Positions 1 through 13,539 are shown, numbered from the stretch's first letter. The stretch: 64,000 nucleotides of DNA from Chrysomallon squamiferum (GCA_012295275.1 CM022668.1:1860001-1924000), one strand, 5' to 3'. The notes: generated by a model not told the origin, from the sequence alone. Program-made: numbers and translations.

Positions 1-609
1 CTGAATGAATCTTTATATATTTGTTGTTCTTGCTCTGCTTTTAGATGTTTTATTTTTTAATTATTATTATTTTTTACGTTTGTTTATTTTTGCTTTTGTT
101 TTTGGTTAATACAGTCCACGATTACTTCTCTTATTTTTGTTTCTTTCTTATAGCATTTTTTCCTTCTTCTGTCTGTGTCAGTCTGCGTATATGTTTGTTT
201 GTTTCTAGTTATTTACTTAAATTATATTTTATGTTTTGAAAACAAATTATTTAAGCAACTTCTGTTCATTTATTTACATTTATTTACCGCGTGTTTCTGA
301 AATAAATAATATTGTTTGTTTGCTAATTAGTAAGTAACTGAAATATAAAACCGAAAATCTCAAACAGACGGTTTTGTATTTCTTTTCTCATTATGATTCT
401 ACAAAATCAAATGATTGGCACCTAATAAGCGTTATTAAACAGTCTGTTGACATGTCCGTAATTATTTATTAATTAGATATATTTATAGAAACTGATCTTC
501 CCTGTTAATGCTAATTATCATCACAAACACAGAAAGCTCCAGTGACTGGCAAACATCGTGGTTTCACACAACATACAGAGGCCTTTAAAATATACTTTAC
601 ACACACAGT

Positions 610-850
610 AAATAACAAGGTTTTTATAGAGATATATGTGAATAAATAACTATGAATATGTATAGTTTACTGAATAACAAACACTTTGTACAGATATGTT
701 TATATAAATAGCTATGAATATGGAGAGTTTATTAAATAACACTCAGTTTATTAAATAACAAACTCTTTATACAGATATCTTTAAATAAATAACTATGAAT
801 ATACAGAGTTTTCTAAATAACAAACTCTTTATACAGATATCTTTAACTAT
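610..850. repeat. About 60-bp degenerate tandem repeat
   Basis: AATAACAAAC(T/A)CTTTATACAGATAT...AATAAATAACTATGAATAT repeated about 4 times. Confidence 0.8.
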
Positions 851-1862
851 GACATTAAGTATAAAGTATCTTACATAATCAGCTTTAGATTCGACATAGT
901 AAACAAATCTTCCGTGTAAATTATATTTTCTAAAAACACGGTAAAAAAGCATTTCTCAAATGTTGTGTTCAGTGGAATAGATCCTGGAAGAGAGAAAGAA
1001 GTATCACATTAGAGACGCCATTAAATTATCACGCTTAGACGGGAAATCACCGACAATCGACATTACGTCATGACACTAGCTGACTCGCACAGTGCAGCTT
1101 GAACTGAAATAATCTTCTACACTGATTCACTTAACGTGGTTTAGACTTGTTTACTGAAGACTTGTTAAGGACTGCTTAACACAACGTAATGCATCTTGAG
1201 TCTTGATTGGATTATGTTTCATCTTTAATATCCACTTGTTTTGAGCGGAGTTTTAAAAGTAATATCACATGTACCTCTTTAGACAAACAGAAAACACACC
1301 TGAAATGATAATCTGTAACATTAATATTTCCTACAGGTGAAAAGCTTAATAGTTCTTGTACAATCGTTTGCTACAGTTTTATTTATTTTTTGTTTATTTT
1401 TATTTTCTATTTATTTAAAGTTTATTTTTGGTAAAACAGCGGCTGCTCTAATTAAGTTAGGTATCAGTTTTATAGCTTGAAATACATTTTTTTTTCAAAA
1501 TCTGTTTGTTAGACGTCATAAAGAAAAACAATAAAAGTACACAGCTCTATGAGAACACTGTCAGTAATTAAGAGTCTTAATATAAGTAACATCTATTAAC
1601 GAGAACACTTTAAAACGAGCTGGATGTATGAGCTCTTTCTAAGTATTTATTTTTAAAGAAGTTTGATCTTCCTGCTTTACTGTTAACTGTGGTAATAGCT
1701 GACTGATCTAAAAGCTGTCTGGTGATGATCAAACAACGACGATATTTTATGATCATCTGAAAAGGGAGAGAAACACAAATTGCTTCCTGACTCGACTGGA
1801 ATTATTTCTTTGCATCATTTTATAAATGGCGTTTCTCGTGTCATGTCTGGTAACTGTTCTGA

Positions 1863-1990
1863 AGCGAGACGTGGTTCAATGGTCGAGGTGGGAGGCGGAG
1901 GTCTCGCGGGCCAACGTTCTTTCGTGAACCCCTTGATTTAGTCCATCAGCAGGTCAGCGTGTCTGACTGGTTTATCGCAGGCCATACTCT
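1863..1990 (+). mobile_element. Possible degenerate tRNA-derived SINE
   Basis: GC-rich island starting GCGAGACGTGGTTCAATGGT (Pol III A-box-like) and ending in a simple-repeat tail; no clear B-box. Confidence 0.35.
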
Positions 1991-2694
1991 CTCTCTGTGT
2001 ATGGGTGTGTGTGCGTGTGTGTGTATATATATATTTGCTAGAGAGACAGACAGACAGACAAAAAAAAAAAATATATATATTTTCTAAAAAATATAGTACA
2101 AGTATTCCATGCAGATGTATAAATCATTTGACGTGCACACTGACATTCATTTAAATACGTTTTCCTTGCTATTTTAGAGAGGCACATCGAATGCACTGAA
2201 CAAATGATTTTATTTTTTTTTCATTTATAACATACATTTTATATTTTTTCTTCTTTTTTTTTTTTTTATGTCTTTTTAGAAATTTATTTTCATACGTTTA
2301 AAAGTCTCAACGGAATGAAATTTAATAACATAAAATAACATTAATAAGAACAACGATTTGAAGTTGGATATCTCAGAACGGAAACCAAACGTTAATTATT
2401 GATTTACTTATTACCGATCTTCTATTTTAATTATGTATTTTTTTGATTATTTTAAAATTATTTTTCAATAATTAAAATATATATATTTTTTTAAATCAAC
2501 AAAAAATATACAAACATGTTTTGAAAGATAACGTTATAACGGAAGTAGTGTTAGCCCCGAGGAAGAGTTTTGTTCTGTTTCGTAACGTCTCGGGACAGCG
2601 CGGTTTATCCGAAGCTCAGCGAAATGTTCTGAGTACAATACCTAAAAGTTTAATGAAAATATTAAAGTGTTTGCTGTTATTTCGCTGACGAACG

Positions 2695-3072
2695 ATGTCG
2701 ACGGTTTTCTTACATGTTGGTCAATGCGGCAATCAAGTTGGACGAAACTTCTGGAAACTCGTAAATCAAGATAAGAATGTGGAAAAAAGGTTTGTTTACA
2801 GTCGGTTGCCATATTGTATGTTCGTTCTATTAATTTCCTCCACATTGTTTGGGAAACCTAATTTTGTATATGTATAGTGTATGTAGACGCGTGTATATAT
2901 ATCTCTCTGTGTGTGTGTGCTTATATGTGTGCATGTATGTATAAGAAAGAGAGAGCATTAATATCTAACAATACAAAACGTATTTCAAGTAATATAGTTT
3001 TATTATAAGATTAGTAAATATAATTTAAGTTTTATTTTAATACATAAAATTTTATGATTCATTGATTGCAGG

Positions 3073-3108
<36 letters not shown>

Positions 3109-6100
3109 TCTTTTTTTTTTAATGATTACAAGGATGAACCATGAAGTACATAAATATGAAATCTGATTTCAGTGCGACCTTTTTGGACAGTGGAAAGCTG
3201 CAGAGATCTGTACATGTTGATAGTGAACCAAAAGTTGTCAACACTTTACTTAATAACGGCGGAAATCGGATCAGGTAAAACTTATTTTATTTAAATTTTT
3301 ATGACGTCATTCACACGTCACAGGGAACATAAAACATAAATTAGTTTGTATAGTGTAAAATGATTCATACTCAACAGCAGACGTACAAATTCTAATTTAC
3401 AAAATTTTTTTTTTTTAAGGAATTTATATTAAAATTTTAATTCATATTTGTTTAAATGCACTACAACATAACTTATTAGAAGTTATTAGGCATTAATTGT
3501 TTAAAAATTTTAAACAAAAAACATTAATTACATACACAACCCATCTGCGTATGCATGCGTGTGTGTGTGTCCCTGTGTGTGCGTATATATGTATTTTGTA
3601 GAACAATGGCATGATTGGGAAATATATACACAAAGGAAAATTTGATATAGGTTACCCTTTCTGCAATGAACTACAGAGACATTATTTTTGATCTTTTGTT
3701 GTAACAGTTTTGATTTGTAAAAATATAATAAGAAAAAAGGAAAATAATGGGTAACAAAATAAAATAAATGAATTATGACATAAATATATTAAAAACATTA
3801 AAAAACAAGAACTAGAAAATGAAAAAGAAAATCAAATTTAAATTTTAAAAAGTTCAAATATGAAATCTAAAGAGAAAAAAGAAATAGAAATTAGAATAAA
3901 AACTAGGAGAGAACAGAAATAAAGAAGAAAACAAGAAATATAAGACAGAATTTCTTGACATTCTATCTTATATTTCTTGTTTTCATAACAGTTGTTTTAT
4001 TTTTTATTTTATATTATTCCTGAGTTGTTTTTTGTTTTTTAAAATGTCTTGAAGCTCATGATTTGAAATAATTTGTTATTTGTAGAAAATCTGGAGTGAA
4101 AGTAAATTATGTTTATTTTAAATTTAGACAGTACATTTTATTTATTCTTACAGAAAGGAATATTTTAATTATTATTATTGTTGTTGTTATTACTACTACT
4201 ACTGCTACAACTACTACAACTACTACTGCTGTAACTACTACTACTACAACTACTACAGCTACTACTACTACTACTGCTAGTGCTACTACTATTACTACTA
4301 CGACTACTGCTAGTGTTACTACTATTACTCAGCATTTAAACACATTTTGGAAAGTCTAAGAAAGTTTTGGAAATTCATCACAGTGTTTTCCAGGACCTTA
4401 AATGTTTTGGTAAATCAAGTTTTGTTACCTTGGTTATGGAAAAGTTATGGAAAATTATGTCCTTGCCATAAATAAAATGTAAGAAAAATTGGTTTGTTTC
4501 TCCAATATTTAGCCCCAAAAACAAATGACCTGTTTTTGCCACTATAATGAGCTGCTGTTATAGTGTAGCCAAAGAAAATAGTACCATTTTGGTAGTGGTT
4601 CTGTTATAGCCTTCTCCCAAAAGATTAACTCAAGCTGTGTCAGAAATGAGGTGCCTAGCCAAAAAAAATGGTTTGACTAAATCTAGTAGTTCAGGAAGAA
4701 TACCTTGAAATTGAGGTTACAAACTGTGAAATGAAAAAACTGAGAGAGAATCCAACTGATAATTCAGGCCACAAACTAGTAAGGAACAGGATTTGGGGCA
4801 TTTTAAACACATGGGTTTATTAATTAAAAAAGAAGAAAGGAACACAACAATTTTTAGTGAGGCAGTACTTCTGTATTCATAATTCTGACAATATGCCTTA
4901 CATATGATCATAGTCATGTCCACTCTAAGAATAAAACTACATTAATTTTTTGTTGTTACTAGTAATACCACATAGCTTAGTCATGTCTAAAAACTGAAAA
5001 AAACACTTTGTTGTGTTTCAGTTTTCTTGGAAATGGTTTTGGAAATTTGGATTTGTGGGCTGTGGAAAGTTTTGGAAAAGTTATGGAAATTTTGACAGCC
5101 CAAGGAAACCTAATTACTACTTTTAGTGTTACTCCTAGCACTATTACTACTACTATTACCACCACTACTATTACTACTATTATTACTAGCAATATTACTG
5201 CCAATACTATTATTATTTTTATTACTACTACTACTGCTGTTACTATTGTTATTATTGCTAGTACTACTGCTGTGACTCCTACTACTGCTGCTATGATTAT
5301 TTTATGTTTTGTTGTTGTTACAGAAAGAAAAATGTTATATCAGGGAAGAGGGGGAGAGGATCAAACTGGGCGATGGGTTTGTTAAATTATATTATTTATT
5401 ATTCACAGCTATACTGCAGTAAAAAACACACACACACCTCAAAAATTATATATTTGATGAGAAAATCAACATTCATGGTGTTTTTACTAATTAGTAAACT
5501 GGGCTTGTTTTTATACAGTTTATTTAAACTGTTTTGCAATAAATAAATAAAAATCGTCATCACCATCATCATGTCATCAAATAATTTTATATACTGTTTT
5601 GAATTTTTGAAACTATTTTTTCTTTTCTTTCCCTTTATTTTAAATGTACCTCAGATATTGACTATAAAGATTTTATTCTGATAAAATTTGCCCAGAAATG
5701 TTTTTATTTATAATAAAATGTTTTACGCAGATTTTATTACATATGTTTATTTAGTTTCAAATTTTAATGTATAATTATGATTTAGACTGATAGAAGTAAT
5801 TTTATTTATTAAACTTTATTTATTTATAATTTTATTTAATTTTCAGTTTTTCAGATAATGAAAGTTAAAAACTTTTATTTTAATTTAAGGTTATTATGGT
5901 TTACAAAGCATGGGAGACAACTCTATTGTGGAAACTACAATGGAGTCTGTGAGACAGGAAATTGAAAGGTTTGTGATTTTAAGAATACTTGTGGTGATTC
6001 AACCAAATAATTTATTTTATATCCTTTCAAATAAAATTGCTATATCTCTGAGAGATCCTTTTTTAAATTTATTTATTTATTATTTTTTAATAGTTTTTCA

Positions 6101-9100
6101 ATTTTTAATTTTTTATTTATTACTTTTTAATAGTTTTTTTTATTTTATTTAATATTTATTATTAGCAAACAAGAGGTTCTACTTCAAACAAATTCAAATT
6201 CAAATTCAAATTCAAATTAAATTATATATATATAAAGATATATTGATAGATAGACAGACAGATTTTATAGATAGATAAAAATAAAAGAAGATATTAGTAA
6301 TTATAATTATTTACAATTATATAATGTTTTTTATATTTAATTTTATAGTCTTTATTTTCTTGTCATTATTTTTATCATCATTATTATTTGCTTTTAAATT
6401 TTTTTTTATTGTATTATTGCTGTTGTTGTTATTATTGTTGTTTTTGCTATATCATTACTCTGTTGTTGTTATTGTTATTGTTATTATATTTATTTTTGTG
6501 TTACTGCCATTGTTAATATTTTTATTATTATTATTTTTGTTGTTAATATATTTATTACTGTGTTACTGTCATTGTTATTATTATTGTTGTTGTTGTTACT
6601 GTTATTAATGTTATTGTTATATTACAGGTGTGATAATTTTTCTGGGATTGTTCTGATGCACAGTTTAGCAGGTGGAACAGGCTCAGGTGAGAATTGTACC
6701 TGTTTTTAGCTACAGTTTGAAATAACAAATGTCACAACAGATATTTTCATTATGGTGTTCTTTTTCTTCTTGTGTCTGTCCTGTCACTGTGTTTGATGCT
6801 ACTTTGCTGTGTTTATATGTTGTTTTTGACATTTAATATGTTGTGTTATTACTTTTGATGTGATATGTTATGTTTGATGTGTTGTGTTAATTTTATATGT
6901 TTATATTACATTTGATGTTATTTTGTAATATTTGATGTGTTGTTTTATTACATTTGATATTCTGATCATAACATTCAAAGTGTTGTGTTATAACTTTTGA
7001 TGTATTGTGTTATTATATTTAATGTAATTGTGTAATAACATTTGATGTGTTGTATTATTCCATTTGATGTGTTATATTATTACATTTGATGTATTCTGAT
7101 ATAGCATTTGATATTTTATGTTGTAACACTTGATATTTTATGTTGTAACATTTGATATTTTATGTTTTAACATTTGATGTGTTATATTATTAGATTTGAT
7201 GTGTTGTGTTGTTACATTTGATGTGTTGTTGTGTTTACTTTCAGGACTTGGTTCTGTGCTGTGTGAGAGTCTGCGGGACGACTACCCGCTCAACTTCGTC
7301 ACAAGTTGTGTGATCAGCCCGTGCAGCACTGGCGAGTCCCCTCTACAGCACCACAACTCTGTGTTAGCTCTGTCACACCTACACAGGTGAGTCCCCTCTA
7401 CAGCACCACAACTCTGTGTTAGCTCTGTCACACCTACACAGGCGAGTCCCCTCTACAGCACCACAGCTCCGTGCTAGCTCTGTCACACCTACACAGGCTC
7501 TCCCTCTACAGCACCACAACTCCACACACCTACACAGGTGTGTCTACAGCACCACAACTCCGTGCTCTCTGTCACACCTACACAGGCGAGTCCCTCTACA
7601 GCACCACAACTCTGTGTTAGCTCTGTCACACCTACGCAGGCGAGTCCCCTCTACAGCACCACAGCTCCGTGTTAGCTCTGTCACACCTACACAGGTGTGT
7701 TAGCTCTGTCACACCTACACAGGCGAGTCCCCTCTACAGCACCACAACTCCGTGTTAGCTCTGTCACACCTACACAGGTGTGTTAGCTCTGTCACACCTA
7801 CACAGGCGAGTCCCCTCTACAGCACCACAACTCCGTGCTAGCTCTGTCACACCTACACAGGCGAGTCCCCTCTACAGCACCACAACTCCGTGCTAGCTCT
7901 GTCACACCTACACAGGTGTGTTAGCTCTGTCACACCTACACAGGCGAGTCCCCTCTACAGCACCACAACTCCGTGCTAGCTCTGTCACACCTACACAGGC
8001 GAGTCCCCTCTACAGCACCACAACTCCGTGCTAGCTCTGTCACACCTACACAGGCGAGTCCCCTCTACAGCACCACAACTCCGTGCTAGCTCTGTCACAC
8101 CTACACAGGCGAGTCCCCTCTACAGCACCACAACTCCGTGTTAGCTCTGTCACACCTACACAGGCGAGTCCCCTCTACAGCACCACAACTCCGTGTTAGC
8201 TCTGTCACACCTACACAGGCGAGTCCCCTCTACAGCACCACAACTCCGTGTTAGCTCTGTCACACCTACACAGGTGTGTTAGCTCTGTCACACCTACACA
8301 GGCGAGTCCCCTCTACAGCACCACAACTCTGTGTTAGCTCTGTCACACCTACACAGGCAAGTCCCCTCTACAGCACCACAACTCCGTGTTAGCTCTGTCA
8401 CACCTACACAGGTGTGTTTTACATGTGTAATTTATACACTACAGCACCACAACTCTGTGTTAGCTCTGTCACACCTACACAGGTGTGTTCTACATGTGTA
8501 ATTTATACACTACAACACTACAACTCCGTGCTAGCTCTGTCACACCTACACAGGCGAGTCCCCTCTACAGCACCACAACTCCATGCTAGCTCTGTCACAC
8601 CTACACAGGCGAGTCCCCTCTACAGCACCACAACTCCATGTTAGCTCTGTCACACCTACACAGGCGAGTCCCCTCTACAGCACCACAACTCTGTGTTAGC
8701 TCTGTCACACCTACACAGGTGTGTTCTACATGTGTAATTTATACACTACAACACTACAACTCCGTGCTAGCTCTGTCACACCTACACAGGTGTGTTAACT
8801 CTGTCACACCTACACAGGTGTGTTTTTCATGTGTAATTTATACACTACAACTCTGTTAACTCTGTGTTAACTCTGTCACACCTACACAGGTGTGTTAGCT
8901 CTGTCACACCTACACAGGTGTGTTCTACATGTGTAATGTATACACTACAACTGTGTGTTAACTCTGTCACACCTAAACACATCAGTTTTACAGATATTGT
9001 GATGTTTATTACAGATATATGAAATATATTAGATATTGTTATAACAGATATTGTGATGTATGTTAGATATTGTGATATATATTACAGATATTGTGATATC

Positions 9101-10317
9101 AGACACTATGATATGTTACAGGTTCTGTGATGGGGTGATACTGTTACACAATGATGAGGCACTGATGAGGTTGAAGAAAACATCTGATGCCAGTGTTTCC
9201 TTTGATGACATCAACAAACACATGGCATCCAGTCTTTGTGGAATTTTTCTACCTACAGATACACTCATGTCAAAAAAGTAAATATTTTAATTTATTAACA
9301 ACTTTTTTTATTTATTAATATGAAAAGTATAATTTAATTTTGATTTATGTCAAAAAAGTAAATTTAGCAAAATAATGTGTAAAACATATAAATATAAAAT
9401 AACTTCATTTTGGACTTCACCAATTAACTTATTTTGATTATTAATTAAACTTCAGATGTCTTATCTTAATTTTCATCTCATACCCAGTTTAAGAACTAAG
9501 ACACTAACACCATCCAGGTTTTAGGAACAAAACTGTCTCAAATAGGATAGATCTGCAGTGAGCAAGTCTAAAACTTTCTATAAAGTGTCCATTATATAGT
9601 TCAAGGGAAAGCACTCTAACATGACTACAAACAAAAGTCTTGTGTGATGTAGGCCTGACAGTAAATTCTAGTCACATAGTAGTAAGGATCATTTACAAGC
9701 AGTTTTGCTTAAACAGGAAAATAAATATTTAAAATGAAAATTGATTTTCTACTTTATTGATTTTGAAATTCAATTATAAATATTTTCTAGTGGTTATAGT
9801 CATGGTTTGAAATTCTGTTTTATAATTTGTTTTTGCTATAAAATTTAGTTTGTAAACATCTTTAATGGTTATAGGCCTTTTTTTTTTTTTTTTTTTTAAA
9901 ATGTAAATTAAAAATAAATATTTTCTAGTGGATACAGCACAGGTCTGGAGCCGTTTGAAATGTTGCGTGTTGTGTGTCCGATGCCTGCGTGTAAATTTGT
10001 ACATCTTCAACACCACAGCAAGAAGTAAGTGAAAACAGTGTGTCACTAGACTGTAAATATATGAAAATTAGTAAATTATAAACATTTTCTTTTTCTTTTG
10101 AATGTTTGCATTCATTTTTTTTTTTGTTTTTTTTATACACATTGTTTTTTATAAATATGTATATGTGTGCATCTATACAGACACACACACACACATACAC
10201 ACATATATTTATAATATATACACATACACATACATATGTATGTATCATATCTGTGTGTGTGGTGTGTGTTGTGTGTGTCTCAACTGAGTTCTTTTGGTTC
10301 TTTGGTATATAATAATA

Positions 10318-10377
<60 letters not shown>

Positions 10378-12195
10378 TTTACAATATAGGAAGTCATCCT
10401 GGATGGATCTCACTAAAGAAACGTTACAAAAACTGAGAAAATTTGACTCTCAGGGAAAACCTGTATCTTTTACAAATTTTTATAACTTTTTACTTCTTTC
10501 TGTTTCTAGTGTTTACATGCAGTTACTAAGTTAGTTCTATACTATGTGTTAAATATATTTGTATATCTGTACTCTCAGTACTTCATCACCACACACACTC
10601 ATAAACACACTAACAGTACAATATTGATGTTGATGTTGTTGATGTTGTCTTTAACAAAACAAGTTCAGCAGTCTGTCTAATGTTGTTGTTGCTCGTGGTG
10701 GACAAGATAAACAAGAATTACGTCAACAACAACAACACTTACGAGCTAAAGTACACACATCCTACAACTGTGTCAAGTGGAACCCATGTCCAGTAGATGT
10801 CTGGACAGGTCAGTTTACATACACACATTCACACATACACACACATTCACACATACACACATTCACACATACACACACATACACACATTCACACATACAC
10901 ACATTCACACATGCACACATTCACACATACACACATTCACATTCACACTCACACATTCACACACTTTCACACATACACACATTCACACACACTCATTCAC
11001 ACATACACATACACACACAGTCACACACATACACATACACACATTCATACATTCACATACACACTCACAGTCACACACATTCACACACGCATTCACACAC
11101 ACATTACACACATACACACACACATACACACATTCACACATACACACATGCACACATTCACACATACACACATTCACATTCACACACACATTCACACACA
11201 TACACACACATTCACACACTTTCACATACACACATTCACACACTATACACACATAAACACAGTCACATTTCATACACACACACAAACAATACACATTCAA
11301 ACACACTCACATAGTCACACACATTCACACACAAATTCATACACACACATTCACACATACACACACATAAAGAACATTTCATATAAACAACAGCAAACTT
11401 ACAGACACTCAGAGACAAATACACAGACTAAACATGGATGTAATTACATCACTTTTTATATAATTATATGTTGTTATTTTTTAAAATTAGCAGCAATAAT
11501 GTAAATAGGTAATTTTGTTTATTTTTAGCCAGCAGTAACAACACAAAAGAATCAATGTCGCTGACAGTTGCATCTAACTACAGCAGCATCGTTGAACATC
11601 TTGAAAGTGTTTTAAAAAAATCAAAAACTATGTTGGATGCTGGGGCTTATCTACACTGGTACTGGAAGTATGGACTCACAAAGGTATTTGTGAAATATTG
11701 AAATTTTAATTGTTTCACAAAGATATTTGTGAAATATCATTACTATTTTAATTGTCTCAGAAAGTAGTTGTGAAATATCATTACTATTTTAAGTGATATA
11801 CAAAAATATTTTTAAAATATTATTTTTAAAAAATGATTTACTGGTTTGTCTCACAGATACTTGTAAAATATTATTTTTTAATTGTGTAATAAAGGTATTT
11901 GTAAAATTTTATAATTTAGTTAATTTTTGAAATGTTAAAGTTTTGTTTATATGTCAAGTTTGGGCAACATACAAGTGTAAAATGTAATATATAGAAATGT
12001 TTAATTCTTTTTCAGTAGTAATTGCTGAGGAAATTTTAATATTAATTCAGTTGATAATTCCATTTTTGTTTGACATCAATATTCCAATATGATTCTATTT
12101 AATTAAAATTCTGTTTTTAATTCCAGGATGCTTTTCATGAATCATTTGAAACTTTACAAACTGTGATTGATGATTACAAATCAGCTGTGATCTGA
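2695..12195 (+). CDS. Zeta-type (cryptic, delta-like) tubulin, 12 coding exons, 407 aa
   Basis: Exons 2695-2789, 3173-3274, 5324-5376, 5890-5968, 6628-6686, 7245-7386, 9122-9277, 9929-10024, 10390-10462, 10664-10808, 11529-11683, 12127-12195. All introns are GT-AG and phase-consistent; total 1224 nt ending TGA. Tubulin motifs: LHVGQCGNQVG, RSVHVDSEPKVV, GKRGRGSNWAMGY, HSLAGGTGSG, GESPLQHHNSVLAL, GAYLHWY; no acidic tail. DSEPK, RGRGxNWA and GESPLQ favour zeta over delta from recalled family signatures; a phylogeny is needed. Confidence 0.9.
4330..5112. mobile_element. Degenerate DNA-transposon relic in tubulin intron 2
   Basis: GGAAAAGTTATGGAAA / TTTTGGAAA motifs are clustered at both ends (about 4345-4456 and 5027-5092) around an unrelated core, between two (ACT)n tracts. 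True termini are not resolved. Confidence 0.4.
7332..8980 (+). repeat. 55-bp tandem array copied from the 3' end of tubulin exon 6, with about 28-bp partial units
   Basis: Unit GCGAGTCCCCTCTACAGCACCACAACTC(T/C)GTG(T/C)TAGCTCTGTCACACCTACACAG equals exon bases 7332-7386; roughly 25-30 full and partial copies. Confidence 0.95.
9355..9630 (+). repeat. Dispersed repeat, copy 1 (related to 13540-13765)
   Basis: Shared collinear blocks AAAGTAAATTTAGCAAAATAAT, TTCAGATGTCT, ACACTAACACCATCCAG, GGATAGATCTG, CTATAAAGTGTCC, TTCAAGGGA. Confidence 0.8.
10463..10663 (+). other. Probable U12-type (minor spliceosome) GT-AG intron in the tubulin gene
   Basis: 5' end GTATCTTT (U12 consensus RTATCCTT), branch-like TCTTTAAC at 10648-10655 close to the AG, no polypyrimidine tract; flanking exons join in frame. 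Confidence 0.75.
10815..11370. repeat. Compound (CA)/(CACATT) microsatellite directly after the tubulin exon 10 donor
   Basis: Visible in sequence; explains the His/Thr-rich ORFs. Confidence 0.95.
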
Positions 12196-12254
12196 GTGGC
12201 CTAGATGAGCTTTTCATGTGAAGATTTGAATGATCTAGATGAGAATGTTCTTCA

Positions 12255-12500
12255 TGTGGAAGGAGGTAAAGAATTTCTAGGCCACTGCCCAGGTAAAGAA
12301 TGTTCAGTCATGGGAAGGAGGTAAAGAATGTTCTCAGAAAATGTTCTAGAACAGAATGTTCTAGTCATGGGAAGGAGGTAAAGAATGTTCTAGTCATGGG
12401 AAGGAGGTAAAGAATGTTCTAGTCAAAAGGTTTCTAGTTTGAAGAGGTACAAAATAAAAGGAGGTACAGAATGTTCTACACACAGAAGGAAGGAATGTTC
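12255..12500 (+). repeat. About 30-bp repeat in the tubulin 3' UTR
   Basis: GGAAGGAGGTAAAGAATGTTCTAGTCATG, about 6-7 full and partial copies; AATAAA at 12453 and 12554. Confidence 0.85.
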
Positions 12501-13539
12501 CAAGTCAAGAATTAAACTAAGACATGATATAACAACTGTATGTTACAGGTGTGAATAAAATTCTTATTTGACACCACTTCTGATTATTAATATATATACT
12601 TTGTTATTCTGTACAAGTTAAAATTTAATCAGTATAAATGATTTAATTTTTTTTGTATATATACTGAATGTAAAAGCATTCTATTTAAAATGGATGAAAC
12701 TGATTGTAATACAGAAGAAAAAAAAAACACCCAATAAATAATAATAATAATAGTAATAATTATAAAATCTGAACAAAAATATCTAACAACATATTTTTAT
12801 TCATTGTGTCATATCAACATTTAACACACACTCTTAATATTTAAATAACATGTTATTTACTTTAGTCTTCAAACCTCACAAAGAAATAAATCTTTATAAA
12901 ATTTTACATCATATATTAAATAAACACCAAAAAATACATTATTAAGACAAAAAATGTTTAGCAATTTTGTAAATTTTCTTTAACAAAAATGGTGATTTCC
13001 AAAATAAAATACTGAATTTAAATAATTATTTATCACTTTAATAATAAAAGGTTTCAGTACAAATGTAAATACACTCGTTTCACCCTGATCATTCAAGTAG
13101 AATGTAACTTTACTTGAGATGAAATATCAGATATTTAAAAAAGTATATACTTGTATTTCATCTCAAGTAATACACAGTTCAATACATCTAAAAGAAATAA
13201 TATGAACACAAAGATTTTGATGCGTTTTTTCTTGAGTAGTAATATTCCAAATCCAAAACAAAACTAAATATTATTAAAAATAACTGTCTAATTGTCTAAT
13301 GCTGTTATCAAAAACTGATTTAGTGCACCTGTACCTGTCAGATCCTGCACTTTTAATATAAATTTTATAAAAATGATTATACATCAACCACAACAAGTTT
13401 TTTATTTTAAGTTTAGTGCAAATTTCAATATCTGGTAATAATAATATTAATAATAACAACACTAAAAATAACACTAAAAACAAACAAAAAATAAAGCAAA
13501 ACAAATTCTTAAAGATCAAATAGCACATTGTTACTGTAG

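Noticed and set aside
7416-8859. ORFs with repeated LALSHLHRRVPSTAPQL peptides
   Set aside because: Translations of the intronic 55-bp exon-echo array; the frame changes every unit and stops are frequent.
10777-11504. His/Thr-rich ORFs up to 235 aa
   Set aside because: CA-type microsatellite in tubulin intron 10.
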